A stretch of 63,063 nt of DNA, counting the filler, from Choristocarpus tenellus KU-1152 (Eukaryota > Protista > Phaeophyceae): NCBI GenBank assembly GCA_964200185.2. It is 9 parts of 9 records of this genome, joined end to end, with 100 filler letters (N's around TTAATTAATTAA, not from the genome) between each part and the next. Parts side by side here need not be neighbours in the genome. Positions count along the whole stretch, not along the records: positions 42,460 to 53,447 come from CAXNAD020002578.1; positions 53,548 to 56,244 come from CAXNAD020025562.1; positions 56,345 to 59,782 come from CAXNAD020020029.1; positions 59,883 to 63,063 come from CAXNAD020021734.1; 5 more parts are not named here. One strand, given 5' to 3'. Shown piece by piece: positions 52,464 to 63,063 of this stretch. The position numbers and the translations under genes are program-made. The notes under the pieces are model-generated. The model was not told where the DNA came from. It ran no database searches and saw only the letters and a list, made by a program, of their open reading frames with translations. The stretch's first letter is position 1. Each line of letters starts with the position of its first letter.

Positions 52464-53547
52464 GACGGACCAGACAGACCAAGACGAACTGTAACCAACA
52501 GGATGAGGTTAAGGTTGGACAAGTGCAAGACTGTACAAAATTGTCAGACTGAGGATCTATTGGGAGAGGATCAACGGAAAGGTCGAGACGTGAAAACGAA
52601 CTGATCACGTTTGACAACTCTGAATAAAGGCCAGTTCATATTTGTGGAACTGGTCTCTTGAAGAGATTCCATGGATTCATTCTCACGGAAGATCCTCCAC
52701 TGGAATCATGGATTCTTGACAAGGAGCATCAATCGCTATCTTCTATATCAATAGTAAAATATTACACAAACCTCCTTTTTACAGGATACGCAGTACGAAG
52801 AAAAGAATGTTGATGGGTTGGTACGTTTCTGTTACCTTTTTTGTGTGTCTACCTCGTATTAATCAAAAACACAAACATGATCTCTTCCAAAATTCTTGTA
52901 ATCTGAGCCCCACTTACACACACAAATATAATGAGTGCTTTTGACAGCTTCTTTTGGAATGTGGCCTGTTTGATGTCCACCTCCTACAATAGTCATAAGC
53001 AATTAACTCTTGCTTCAGGGTCGAAGTATCTGGGGGGGCGGGGGCGGGTGTCCATTTGGGGTCCATTTTGCTATATCGCGATTTTTGGGTAACTTGCTTA
53101 TATGCGGGGGGGATTGAAGGTGTGTTTCGTAGATACGTGTGTGGATTACACTTAGTTATGGTCGTGGTAAGCTTAAGTCCAGCAAAATAGGCTGTCACTG
53201 CTTTGAGGATTCTTGAATTTTGAATTGAATTAATGAAAAGAATGGTTTTGTTCATGAAGTATTGAAAGAAATTGTCGTTCATTAGGGTTAACAACTGGTG
53301 GTTTGTGCTTCGTGTTGTGAACAAATGACTACATCCATAGTGAAGAAGCATCACTAATAGGGTTTCGAATTAGTCGGATGAGTGAAACTATCTTAGAGGG
53401 TAGAGCCGCGTCCATTTGGGGATCAAAATACAATGTTGTGATTTTGANNNNNNNNNNNNNNNNNNNNNNNNNNNNNNNNNNNNNNNNNNNNTTAATTAAT
53501 TAANNNNNNNNNNNNNNNNNNNNNNNNNNNNNNNNNNNNNNNNNNNN

Positions 53548-53727
53548 TGCAGAAGGTGGGAGGGGTGGGTGATGGGTCTACACGAGGGTGTCCATTTGGA
53601 CCAAAATCGGGAAAAGTGCATTTGCATTATCCATCCGACGTATGGCAACCAAATCACCCAAATATCACGATATGAAAAAATTGACCCCAAATGGACAGCC
53701 AAACCCCCCTCCCAGATACTTTGAGCT
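53548..53727 (+). mobile_element. MITE family B
   Basis: Matches 15120-15265 and ends CCCAGATACTTTGAG. Confidence 0.75.
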
Positions 53728-53760
53728 AAACTTAATGAATGACAAGACATCAATAACTCA

Positions 53761-54019
53761 GAGCTAAAGTATCTTAGAGGGTAGATCCGCGTCCATTTGA
53801 GGGCCAAAATCTAATGTTGCGATTTTGATGTAATTTTGGTCATATTGTTTGTTAGGAAGTATGAGTATCCATGTTCTGGACTCACCTTTTCATAACATGC
53901 TCACTTTGCTTACTCCTAAACATTTTGGAGTAGGAAAATGTCATAAAAGAACCCATGGGAAGCCAAGCCCCAAATAGGCAAACAGGGAAAAACTCGTACA
54001 CTCTAAGATATATTTACTC
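53761..54019 (+). mobile_element. MITE family A with 4-bp TSD CTCA
   Basis: Full TIRs, flanked by ctca on both sides. Further partial copies lie at 53380-53447, 56345-56397 and 60222-60341. Confidence 0.88.
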
Positions 54020-55560
54020 CTCATACACACAAGGATGGCATACACTGTTAAAATTAAAGAGTATCTGACTGGTCTATGTCCTTGCCAACCTCTTGAAGAT
54101 CTGGAACGCCCTCGACAACGACTTCCAGTTACACCTTTTCACATACCCAATAATGATTGTAGTCCTGGACCGTGCAAAGAGGGAGATACAGCAGCAATTC
54201 ATTCATTAGATATTCCAAGGGTCTATCTGTTGCACTATCCTCTACCTCATCAGATACTAGGTATTAGAAACTTCTTACTGAAATGCCCGGCTATGCGCAG
54301 TTTTGGTATATTTGAGGTTCTCCTAAACACATGACAACGTCAATTAATCAATACTAATATAAGAAATTTGTCTCTCTCACATATCCTCAGCTATATCAAG
54401 GGTTCCAGTTCACCATTATTTTTAACACCCTGGAAATGCGGTGGAGAAGGATGGATTATTTATCAATGCTCTGGCAGTGAGCCCTGTGGAAGGTAACTAT
54501 GACTACAATGGTGTAATCATCTCCATAGTTGATACTCAATCCAAAGCAGTGACAGGGACTTTGAAGAAGGTTGCAAGGCATTTCTTGTAAGAATTAACTA
54601 AATCTTGGGTTCGGTGAGTTCATAATTCCCCACTGCAATGTCGACATTGTAGGGTTTTCCTTCATTGTAGGATAATGATGGTGCCCTGCAGTGAACACCA
54701 AATATCCAAAGGTTCACTCCAGGGCACTACTCAGGTTTTCCACCGTTTGACGACAGAAAACCACTCCTTGTTGAGTGCGAAGAGGTGACATTATGTCATG
54801 CAGGATGTGCTGTAACAATGTCTTAAAGCTCTTGTTTGGCATATGTACTGCACTCACCTCGACGCCTCAGTGTGTGAGTTTGCAGTAGATCAGCTTCGGG
54901 AGGAGAACCTAGATGAGCTCAATGACGCAGTGGAAAAGGAAATTTCACATGGGAGGAGTGTAGGCACAAGAATGGTGCTTTTGTAGCATTGTGACTTGTT
55001 GACTTGCAGTGGTAGTCCAGGTTGAAAAGCCACAGTTGAAAAACTTGGACAAGCAATTCAAGGTATATACCATAGTTCCGCATGTTACTATGGAATGGGA
55101 GTGGGATTTTCTTATTTTAAACAGGATGAAGTCAGAAGTAAACTTGGGGCCGATTACTCCATGTTTCGCATAATGGAAGTCCTCACACAATATATCCTAC
55201 CAATGAGCTTAAGGGGTTGGTGTGTTCAGTTCTGAAACCTACAAAATATATAATGACTTCCTCACATGAGGTCTTCATATATGGCAGGACCAGTACAATC
55301 GAACATTGATCTAAACACTGGTGACTGCAGGAGGATGGACGACAAGATGGTATTGGATTTTGTGGTTGAAGTTATATAGTGAGGATCGTATCTGTGCACC
55401 ACAATCAATAATATGTTAAACTGTATGTTTTTTTAAAACAGAACATTGTTGATAGAGATTCATCTCACTACCCAATCAATATATATCACCTCTTTCGGCA
55501 TTAAATAATGATGGGAGTATCCCAAATATTTTCGTATATAACTTTTGTCTTTCTTCTCCT

Positions 55561-55662
55561 GTAGGAAATGGGAACCAAATGTAGGAAATGGGAACCAAAT
55601 GTAGGAAATGGGAACCAAATGTAGGAAATGGGAACCAAATGTAGGAAATGGGAACCAAATGT
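55561..55662. repeat. Perfect minisatellite (GTAGGAAATGGGAACCAAAT)x5
   Basis: Directly visible identical 20-mers with no spacers. Confidence 0.95.
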
Positions 55663-56078
55663 GAAAGGGAGTCAAAGGAAACGAGAGGATCCAGAGTTGG
55701 ATTTTAAGGATCCCAGTAAATTTTTTTCCAAATGCGAACAATATTTTTTCCAATTTTTTTCAAGCAACACAGAAATCGACGCTCTCAAATCAAATTTAGG
55801 GCTTCATCCATAGAAATATCCCTGAATTGCAAAATAATTTGAAAATTGGCTTAAATACTAAACAGCTAGAATCTGGGTATGTATCGTATACTTTGATTAG
55901 GGGTACAAAAAAACTTTCCACATTCAGCGACCTTTTTTGGTGGAGATGTCAGGAAACTCAGCGAGTCCTTAACCACCAACTCATTGAACCAAATTGGTGG
56001 ATATTTAATTTCAAGTCTGTTTTCAATCTTTTGGAATTTATCCATATTCCTATGTACATGCTCAAAGTATCTGGGGGA

Positions 56079-56244
56079 AGGCGGTGGCTATCCCTTTGGG
56101 CCCATTTTTCCATGTTGCAATTTTGGGTGAATTGGTTACATGTATCGGATGGATAATGTAAATGCACTTTTCCTGATCAGGGTCCAAATGGACACCCTGG
56201 TGTACCCCCCCTGGGTCAAAGTATCTGGGGGGGGGGAGGGGTTG
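56079..56244 (-). mobile_element. MITE family B, one copy plus the start of another
   Basis: Reverse-complement match to 15082-15270; CTCAAAGTATCTGGGGG terminus. Confidence 0.75.
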
Positions 56245-57959
56245 NNNNNNNNNNNNNNNNNNNNNNNNNNNNNNNNNNNNNNNNNNNNTTAATTAATTAA
56301 NNNNNNNNNNNNNNNNNNNNNNNNNNNNNNNNNNNNNNNNNNNNTGGAATTTGACCCCGAAATGGACGCGGCTCCACCCTCTAAGATACTTTGGCTCTTA
56401 TAGAGCGAATGGCCCTGAGTGTTTCCTGGATAACAGATATTGCAGAGCATATGGGCTTGGCCGTTTGCCCAACATGGATGTTATAGACCAATTGGGATTA
56501 GTGTTGATGAGTCCTTAGACAACGAATGTTACTCCGCAGTAAATTAAAAAATTCACCCACAGGGATGATATCATATGATACAGAGTAAATGAACCTATAT
56601 ACGTACTCGACAATGAATGGGCACTAGAGTTATATTTCTCCTATTTTGGCATACATAATTTTTGAGTGTTCTGATTTTTGGAATAGTGTTTTATTACTTG
56701 ATGGTATGTCTTAATAGCTCTATCTAGACGTGTAATGCTTTTTAAGCTGAGACACCAGGGAGATGGCAAGGAGGAGCTTGTTAGATTTTTGGGGTGCTTC
56801 CCTAGCTCCTCACCCTGGGGTCCAGAGCTAAGCTAGGTTGGAGGCACAGGGGGGTGGTGGTGTAGCATAGCTGGTAGTAAAATAGTATATACTCCGGAGC
56901 AGATGATAGAAAAATGTCTTCACATTTATGACAACTGTTACCTTTTTAGGGATTGTTCCGATATTTGAATGTTTTTTATTGTTTTCCCTGACACATCTAC
57001 CAATGTCAGAAGGCATAATAATAAAAAATGTAGGTATATTATTAGTATCTATCACTCTACATACCATACCTGTAATAACTACCACTACCATCGTCATACT
57101 GCCCCCCTTTTCCGTCTTTCTTTTATGTTTGATATGATTTGACGATTTTTTTTTTTCTCCTCATAGAATGATTTATCTGATAAAAAGAGACGCTCGGCTC
57201 ACTGTCATCAACGATCGACTTACTTGCATGGCACTGGCTGATACGCCAAACACTGGTGGAAGTGGCTAAAGTAATCCTTGCTATATGGCAAACAGGAAGG
57301 CGATGGGACTAGATGTTCTCCCTGCTTAACTCCCGAAACATAGAAGCATAGGCTGAATGAAGACGGTTCACTTCTCTACAGGTTTTCACAAGATTGTATT
57401 GGTTGCAGTGGATCGGGAAGATGTGCCAGGTTTGGAAGGGCATATGCTCCTCAACAAAAAGGATTGGGCAGATTGTGGTATCTACGGGGGCGTCTTATTG
57501 GTGGCACGTATCGATAAAGTGCTTCCCTCCAAGTTGTTGCATTAAAACTTGAGTGCTCTCCTGGATTGTGCAAACTCACTCCATGGGGAAAACTATGGTT
57601 TCCGACATTGATGCTCCACAGTGATAATGTACGACATACAAGGCACTCTTTCAGGAAAAGTATGAATTAATTTCATGTGCTTCATTTACCTACATGAAGG
57701 ATATGACTTTGTCGATGCAATCTCCTGAGAGCTATGCTCGCCAAGTTTAGAGTGCCAGAGAAAGATTATTTTAGACTTCCACCAGTTCCATGACAATTCG
57801 GGCACGCTTCCTCATGGATGATAGAGGGGATACGGAATAGCTTGGGGTCTGACAAGGCCTTTGACAAGGAAGATTGTGTTCTTGTCCCCCCATTATCTTT
57901 AGCATTTTCTTCACTGCATGCAGTTATAAACATAGTGGTTTAGGAGTTAAACTCTGACC

Positions 57960-58330
57960 TGACCATGTCCAAGGGCTTTAAAGTTATCAAGGAGGACCGA
58001 AACAAACATACACAGGTCAGAGGAGGAGGACCAACAGGGAGTGGAGTAAAACTGGGGTGATTCCTATGGGGTATGTTTTTCGTTGATGATACACGCATTG
58101 TGTCTAAGACCCAAGGGGGGTTTGACCGGGATGATGACAGTGGTCGAAGCGTTGGCCAGGTCATTTGGGGTGGCTTGCGTTTGAAAGGAAGACGGACATC
58201 ATATGCCTTTAACTTCTCAATAAGGTCGCAGGCACCGTGGAGATCCGGGTTTGGGGGCAGCACTACAAGCAAACTAATAAATTAGCTTAGCTTGACGGCA
58301 CCACCAGTGATGAAGCTGATATCACTGCTG
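57960..58330 (+). mobile_element. RTE-like RT fragment, highly decayed
   Basis: MFFVDDTRIVSKT resembles the catalytic MLYADD motif of RTE elements. Confidence 0.5.
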
Positions 58331-58846
58331 AGATTAGTCGATATTGAAAAGGCCTGGGGATGTTTTCACAGGTGCAGTCAAGTGCTCAATGACATACGTA
58401 CATATTAGAGCCCTAAGTGTATTGTTATGTTGAGCAGTCCTAGCTTAGAGGGATATTACACACGTAGGTCCTTTCTATCCATTCAGAGCCTTCTAAACCT
58501 TGTACTACCTTACATACCCTATTTTCATCTCTGAAATACAGTCAACCCCCAATAGGAGGAGACTATGCTGCAGGGGGGGAGAAGACGATTGCTAATTCAG
58601 AAGACAATGATGAGTGTGTGCATGTGCCCAGATCTGCTTCGGCTGCTTTAGCTACTGTTTTAGCATAATAACGTACATCAACTATCACAGCTTCCTTCAA
58701 ATACAATTGTCGATAAAGCTCTTTTTAGATGGATACTACATATTTAGACCCTTTCTAGAAATTGAGAGACCTTTAAACCTTCTCTACCTATTTTCATGAC
58801 TGAAATACAGCTGTTCCTTCTTAGGAGACTATGGTGCAGGTGAGAA

Positions 58847-59105
58847 GAGTGAAAATATCTTAGAGGGTACGAGTTTTGCCCTGTTTATCCGTTTGGGGCT
58901 TGGCTTCCCACATATTTTTCACGACATTTTACCCACTCCGAAACGTTTCGGAGTAGGTAAAATGTGAATGTTGTGAAAATGCATGTCTGTAACAAGGATA
59001 TTGACACGTCCTAACAAACATGATGGACAAAATAACATCAAAATCGCAATATTGGATTTTGCCCCCAAAATGGACACGGCTCTAACCTCCAAGATACTTT
59101 GACTC
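58847..59105 (-). mobile_element. MITE family A
   Basis: Full TIRs; flanks agaa/agga, a degenerate 4-bp TSD. Confidence 0.85.
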
Positions 59106-59989
59106 AGGAGACGAGTATTAATCTAGAAGACAGCCATGAGAGTGGATGTGCCCTGATTTGCTTAGAGTCTATTTTAGCCACCATTTTAGCACAAGGAAAT
59201 ACGTCAGCTATCATACCCTCCTTCGAGTATAATTTGTCGATTAAGCTCTTTATACCACCCCCTCCCCACAATTGCATCACCAGAGTTTTTTCAATGTTGA
59301 ACTTGGTTAGAAAAAACGAGTACTTATGGGAGCGAAGCTTCATATAGTAGACCTGGCGGAGTGCTTATTATCTCACAACCGTCCAACAGAATCTCAAGTA
59401 CTTCAGCCTTGAGCTGTGAGCTACGCACTGAGTGGAGTATCGAGAAAAGGCAACCTGACACCTAACAAACTGTTACCAAGGTCAACGTCCCCATAGCGTC
59501 ATCTTAAGATCGTTGGATTTGAGTTGTACATCCTACGGAGGTAAGTTCTGGGGCGCGCTGTAACATGTGGAGGTCCTACCGAGACTTCCACCGTGTAACA
59601 TCTACACTACACTCCCACATCGAATGGTTGCGTTGATTAGAGTGTAGGTTCGACACATTCTTCATGATGTGTCGAAAGGTTCTAAGTGGAGAATTCCTAA
59701 TCTTCATATTGTGAATCGTGTGATGATTCTGTGGCGGCGTGGTTCACTCAGGCAAGGGTGGCGAAGAGAATCACCGGGCAAGNNNNNNNNNNNNNNNNNN
59801 NNNNNNNNNNNNNNNNNNNNNNNNNNTTAATTAATTAANNNNNNNNNNNNNNNNNNNNNNNNNNNNNNNNNNNNNNNNNNNNAAGAATACCAAAACCGTT
59901 ACCGGCTCCCGCCCGGGGGGGGGGTCGTATGTCCTTATTATACCTTAGGCTTGGTCGAGGTCGCTTCCAATGCGCAGCGGTGCCCTCCA

Positions 59990-60220
59990 CACGTAGTACA
60001 GAAATATTTTTGAATAAAATATATGCGGACCCCAAAAAAGCGCCGAAACATTAAAAAAAAAACACATCCCGGACCCTTAAAAGTGCCGAAACATTAAAAA
60101 AAAAAACATATCAGTACTTTTCCGCACAAATTTCGATCATAACCCATCCTCAACACCCCACGCGTTCCTCAATTCCCCAAATGTGCTGTTTAGTGCGGAT
60201 AACAGCGAATAACATCGAGG
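59990..60220. repeat. Unclassified dispersed repeat with an internal duplication; inverted copy at about 62478-62560
   Basis: GCCGAAACATTAAAAAAAAAAC occurs twice, and 60070-60152 is the reverse complement of 62478-62560. Confidence 0.6.
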
Positions 60221-60519
60221 GAAAGTATCCTGAACAAGGATATTGACGTCTCCTAACAAACATGATGGCCAAAATTACATCAAAATTGCGACATTGGATT
60301 TTGTCCCCCAAATAGACGCGGCCCTACCCTCTAAGATACTTAAGAAGTAAAAATAAATGCACCCTATTTAAATTACTGTCTGGGCTGATATGAGTTACTT
60401 CATGTTTCTGACTTCTGCTGCCTTACATTCTATGCGGGGACTAGGACTATCAATGTTTTATTCCTGTGTGCTTACATGGATCGGTTAGTCCTCAACTACT
60501 TTGTCTTCTGGATGTACAG

Positions 60520-61700
60520 TGGTCCAACTGTAATGGGGTGAAGCTATCCATACCTTCTTTTTCGGTTACCCCATCCGACAATTGTCCATTCTGATAATTC
60601 CCTTTGTACTCCCAATGCCATACATTGGATGGCTACAATACTGCTTTTCTATCAGTGAGGGTGTACATAGGTGTTGCTACTACGGATTTCTTTGTTAGAC
60701 CTAGGTCGGATGCCCTCACCAGTTGGGCATATTCGTCTTGGAAGCTATGTCTCAGATGAATGGGTCTTACGTGGAAGGGTTGCACATGAGAAGCATGAAC
60801 ATTACGCGTGCGTGTTTACCTACCCAGCAATTCGACTGTCATGCTACTACTCTGATGTGAGATTTCCTTTACTGTCCACGGTCCCGTCCATCTTTCATGG
60901 ACGAGCTTTCTGCCCACTCTTGTCTTACCTAGTGTTTCCCCCTGGATAGAGCTGTCTGCTTCCTTCACTAAATCTAGGTCACCTGGTTTGGATCCTAGTC
61001 CTGGGGAAGACATGGCAATCAAAGCGTTGGTTCTTTCTCTATTGGCATGATCTCCGAGTTTCTTATGAATGCGTTCCATGGTTTTAACACAATCTTGGTG
61101 ATAACGCATATCAAGGTTTCGAGAGGTTCTGTCTCGCTGCTGCCTACCGGATTGTAACTCATTTGACTCAGCTCGTGTACGCAACTCATGAATTTATCTT
61201 CGCAACTGTTCTTCGACCTCTCTGGACTAACGTACCGTACTCAGGCTATTCCTCCGAAATGGTCTGGTTGATACAGACCTCCGTGGAGAATAATCGCTGG
61301 TCCGACAGTCACGTCTAGGTGAACGGGTGCAGCCTCTGCCTTCTTCTCTGGTCCTCTGTCTCGATGAGTGCCTGTCTCGGGATCTTGACCTGGAGCGAGA
61401 TCTGCCACGAGTGGAAGACTGAAAACGAACGCATTCTTTGCGCCTGCCTTGGCATTCAGCAGAGCGGACACGGCTGCGACCAGAGTTTTCTTGAGGTGTG
61501 GTACAGGGCTGGAATCTCTCTGAATCATTGATTCCTTGGAGAATCTGTGGGTGGGAGACGGCCTCAATTTCCTGCGAATACTGTGAGCCAGACATATGTC
61601 CGTGAACCTGGGAGATAAAGGGCAAGGTGACACATAAAAAGAGACCAGTGATGTGAGTGGGTGAATGCAGAACAATTAACTACCTAGGCAACGTCTTGAC
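60520..61700 (-). mobile_element. Internally deleted Ty3/gypsy remnant (gag-like 5' part joined to the integrase C-terminus and a chromodomain-like tail)
   Basis: PGDLDLVKEA...RKLVHERWTGPWTVKEI is the GPY/F motif of gypsy integrases. A downstream WEYKG...SFTPLQLD segment resembles a chromodomain-like tail. Confidence 0.65.
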
Positions 61701-61803
61701 CATGGTGGTCAGAGATCACTCGTTTTATGACTATAAGCAGAGGATGTGGTGATCAGAGGCCACTTATTTTACGACTATAGGTGGATGATGTTTCCCTCGG
61801 AGC

Positions 61804-62460
61804 TGTGCAAAATAGGACAATGGTGAGGTGTACCTTATTTTGTATATGAGAGATGTAACTAATGAGATAGTTCATCCGGATTATATGAATGGGAATATGC
61901 ATGGGTTTTATATTGCATTTAACTACTTTGACATAACCATGGACTTATGTATGAGGCACAAATAATAATAAAACAAGCAACGAGAAGACATCCCAAAAAG
62001 GTCACTCTTCTAACTCCATATTTTCTGTCCACGTTCAGCAAAGGGGATCGTGTGAGGCTTCACACCTTCTTGTCTTCACTACTGATAAATAGCATTACCT
62101 CCCAAGGTAAATCGCACAGGTTATGAGCATTAGTAGCATGGAGATCGACCGGAAGAAACTTGCTGTCTGGACGGGGGCCACAGGAAGGACACTGGAGACC
62201 TCGTCCACTTGAAGACTATCATTGATAAGCCACACTGGTGGAAAGGGTTCTTGCAAGATTACGACAAGGGACTACGAGATTCCTGAAACACCCACCACCA
62301 TCTTGGGGGAGGCAGTGCGAACGGCACATGCCACGCATATCAAGAACAACAAGGTGTTATGGTTCCTGTTTATTCAAGCAACAAAGGGATCGGCCATCAC
62401 TTTAAAGGCGAAACTCCAAGAACTACGGTGCGCAGCATTTAACAGTGGACTTTAAAAATT
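61804..62460 (+). mobile_element. Second, truncated copy of the same copia family: LTR 61804-62118 (TG...CA), PBS GGTTATGAGC at 62119, start of gag
   Basis: Matches the reverse complement of 18713-17870 (TGTGCAAAATAG start; gag ITTRDYEIPETP..LWFLFIQATKGSA). Confidence 0.88.
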
Positions 62461-62719
62461 AAGGATGGAGCGTACCATTGAGGATGGGTTTGACCGAAAA
62501 TGGTGCGGAAAAAGTACCGATATGTTTTTTTTGTAAATGTTGGGGCACTTTTTAAGGACCACTTTTTGAATGGGAATCTCTGCCGAAGGTGGTAGTAGGA
62601 CATACTTAATTGATCTTGTACGTTTCCATTGTATTAACTACCAAAAATTAAAAAAAAATGGCACCCTCCAAGTTTTTGAGATACAAAATCTGAAATTGTT
62701 GGACATTTGTATTCTGAAA

Positions 62720-62832
62720 GAGTGAGACTATCTTAGAGGGTACACGATAGCCAAAATTGCATCAAAATCACAACATTGTATTTTGACCCCCAAATGGACG
62801 CGGCTCTACCCTGTAAGATTATACTTTGGCTC
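62720..62832 (-). mobile_element. MITE family A, internally deleted (about 113 bp)
   Basis: Both TIRs are retained and the middle is missing; flanks gaaa/taaa. Confidence 0.75.
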
Positions 62833-63063
62833 TAAAAATACTGGAGACAACAAAAAGCGGTTCTTGAGTTGCGGCGATTTCTCTTTCTGTTGGCAATTGT
62901 GTTATATGAAAAAAGGAATATCGAACAGTATACGATTACATATTGAAAAGAAACAGGGAGTATAAGTTTTGGTGACCTTTTCGTTTCAACGGAGGATCAA
63001 GATAATGGCGGATGGATCATTTCATGGAGGATGGATTTTTCCTAAAATGGTGCGCGGAAAGTG

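Noticed and set aside
55561-55662. CRISPR-like regular repeats (also 33105-33360 and 18528-18596)
   Set aside because: The units are directly adjacent with no unique spacers, there are no cas genes, and the context is eukaryotic.
226-62965. Most of the short six-frame ORFs in the supplied track
   Set aside because: They are antisense or alternative-frame shadows of exons and transposons, or chance ORFs in introns, with no recognisable motifs.

Overview
This is eukaryotic, intron-rich genomic DNA. The gene and transposon content suggests a stramenopile, most likely a brown alga (inference). Nine segments are joined by eight artificial 100-bp spacers (N44-TTAATTAATTAA-N44), so adjacency across spacers is unreliable. 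Six spliced genes could be reconstructed by hand: a giant fibronectin-III/repeat ('titin-like') protein fragment (20 exons, about 1150 aa, three GC-AG introns); the N-terminal UBL part of USP14/UBP6, head-to-head with a complete ZFAND2/AIRAP-like AN1 zinc-finger gene; the N-terminus of APC2, head-to-head with a GORAB-like golgin; and the C-terminal part of a TKL protein kinase. The rest is largely decayed mobile DNA: two copies of a Ty1/copia family whose primer-binding site matches half of tRNA-iMet, a deleted Ty3/gypsy, RTE and CRE-like non-LTR fragments, a DD39D mariner remnant, and about 20 copies or fragments of three related MITE families with shared GRGYCAAA termini. No rRNA, tRNA or CRISPR was found. 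No clearly new multi-gene system is evident. The best leads are the USP14-ZFAND2 divergent pair, the nested repeat architecture of the giant FN3 protein, the MITE group and a CpG-decay signature.
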